In this document: positions 63,131-64,000 of the stretch, one piece after another
Position numbering within the stretch: the stretch's first letter is position 1
Layout of the letters: each line of letters starts with the position of its first letter
NCBI GenBank assembly: GCA_965644295.1
Contig: CBFFRP010000020.1
Coordinates: forward strand, 1 to 64,000
Direction: 5' to 3'
DNA from: Paraphysomonas bandaiensis
Lineage: Eukaryota; Protista; Chrysophyceae
Length of the DNA: 64,000 nt
The notes under the pieces: generated by a model
Seen by the model: only the letters and a program-made list of their open reading frames with translations
Databases searched by the model: none
What the model was told of the DNA's origin: nothing
Program-made: the position numbers and the translations under genes

Positions 63131-64000
63131 ATGAGTGTTAAGGATAATGTATGTATCATTTTAATGATTGAATATTGCACGGCAATGCCGCCAATTCAAT
63201 ATATGAACCTTCTATGGATATATGGATATATATAGAAGAGAATGATGAAGCAATCAACGTGTATGCATGCATATACGCATATACATATACTGCTACTCCA
63301 TGTATGGTACTGCTATAGTATATACTTCGAATATCCAGAATACTATTCCAGTAGATAGACAAATTTTCTTAATGAAAAGCGGCAAGTATTGTAGAATTAT
63401 TAACAAAATTGACACTTTTTTCATATTTTGAGTGTTTTAGATATACAAAATACACTTTTTTTTCCTTTCTTTTTTTTTTTTGCATATACGAAATTCACTC
63501 CTCCCAGTACCATACCAGAGCATCAGCATCCATATATACTGTATGTATATATATGTATATGTACTGTATATGGCGTATACATAGGTTGCATACAGCAGCA
63601 GTGGTATGTAGATATGTCGGCATCCTTCGTATATTGAGACAACAATTATCTGTATTCCAGCCGTAGTTATATTGCAGATATATAGAGTATTTTTGATTCA
63701 ATATATTTCCGAAAAATAAGATGCTGACTGCTGGTACGATCATGCATATCTTCTCCGAGTCCTCTTCTCATCTCTCTCACTCATATACATATATATATAT
63801 ATATCAAGTGACTATCATAGTAAGTTTATCATATCCCTGCAATAAGTAGCTCCAATACCTTCTGCTGTAACGGTATTATTGCATAGAGTAGGAGTGCAGA
63901 TAGTTGCATATGTACAGTTGCAATGCAATGAATCAGACAATACGGTTTGAGTATATATAAACTGAAGAGAGTTAGTGCAACTAGATGAGACTACATACTA

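Noticed and set aside
1-64000. tRNA, rRNA or snRNA genes
   Set aside because: None recognised by eye; tRNAscan-SE/Infernal would be needed to exclude them

Overview
Eukaryotic, intron-rich DNA from a protist-like genome. A flagellated stramenopile is my best guess, but the sequence does not prove it. Host genes: a small membrane protein; a large EF-hand protein with a CEP290-like motif; PEX2; a SIL1-like Hsp70 nucleotide exchange factor; an F-box/SNF2/RING helicase; a cytosolic SerRS with unusual C-terminal appendages; an uncharacterised multi-exon gene; a ferlin; and an ARD1/NAA10-like GNAT. Mobile DNA is interleaved with these. The standout is a ~9 kb minus-strand non-LTR retrotransposon at 1-9.2 kb. 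Its polyprotein appears to carry an OTU-like protease and a SET methyltransferase domain upstream of APE endonuclease, reverse transcriptase, RNase H and a CCHC finger, and it is broken only by two compensating 1-nt indels in C runs. A ~10 kb transposon nest (19.5-29.7 kb) holds a diverged 3' fragment of the same LINE family, a TIR element with degenerate cargo, and a PIF/Harbinger element next to an inverted, internally deleted copy of itself (a Mu-killer-like hairpin layout). A piggyBac-like foldback element lies at 52.4-53.7 kb. All domain calls come from motif recognition by eye; no searches were run, and exon boundaries of multi-exon genes are approximate.
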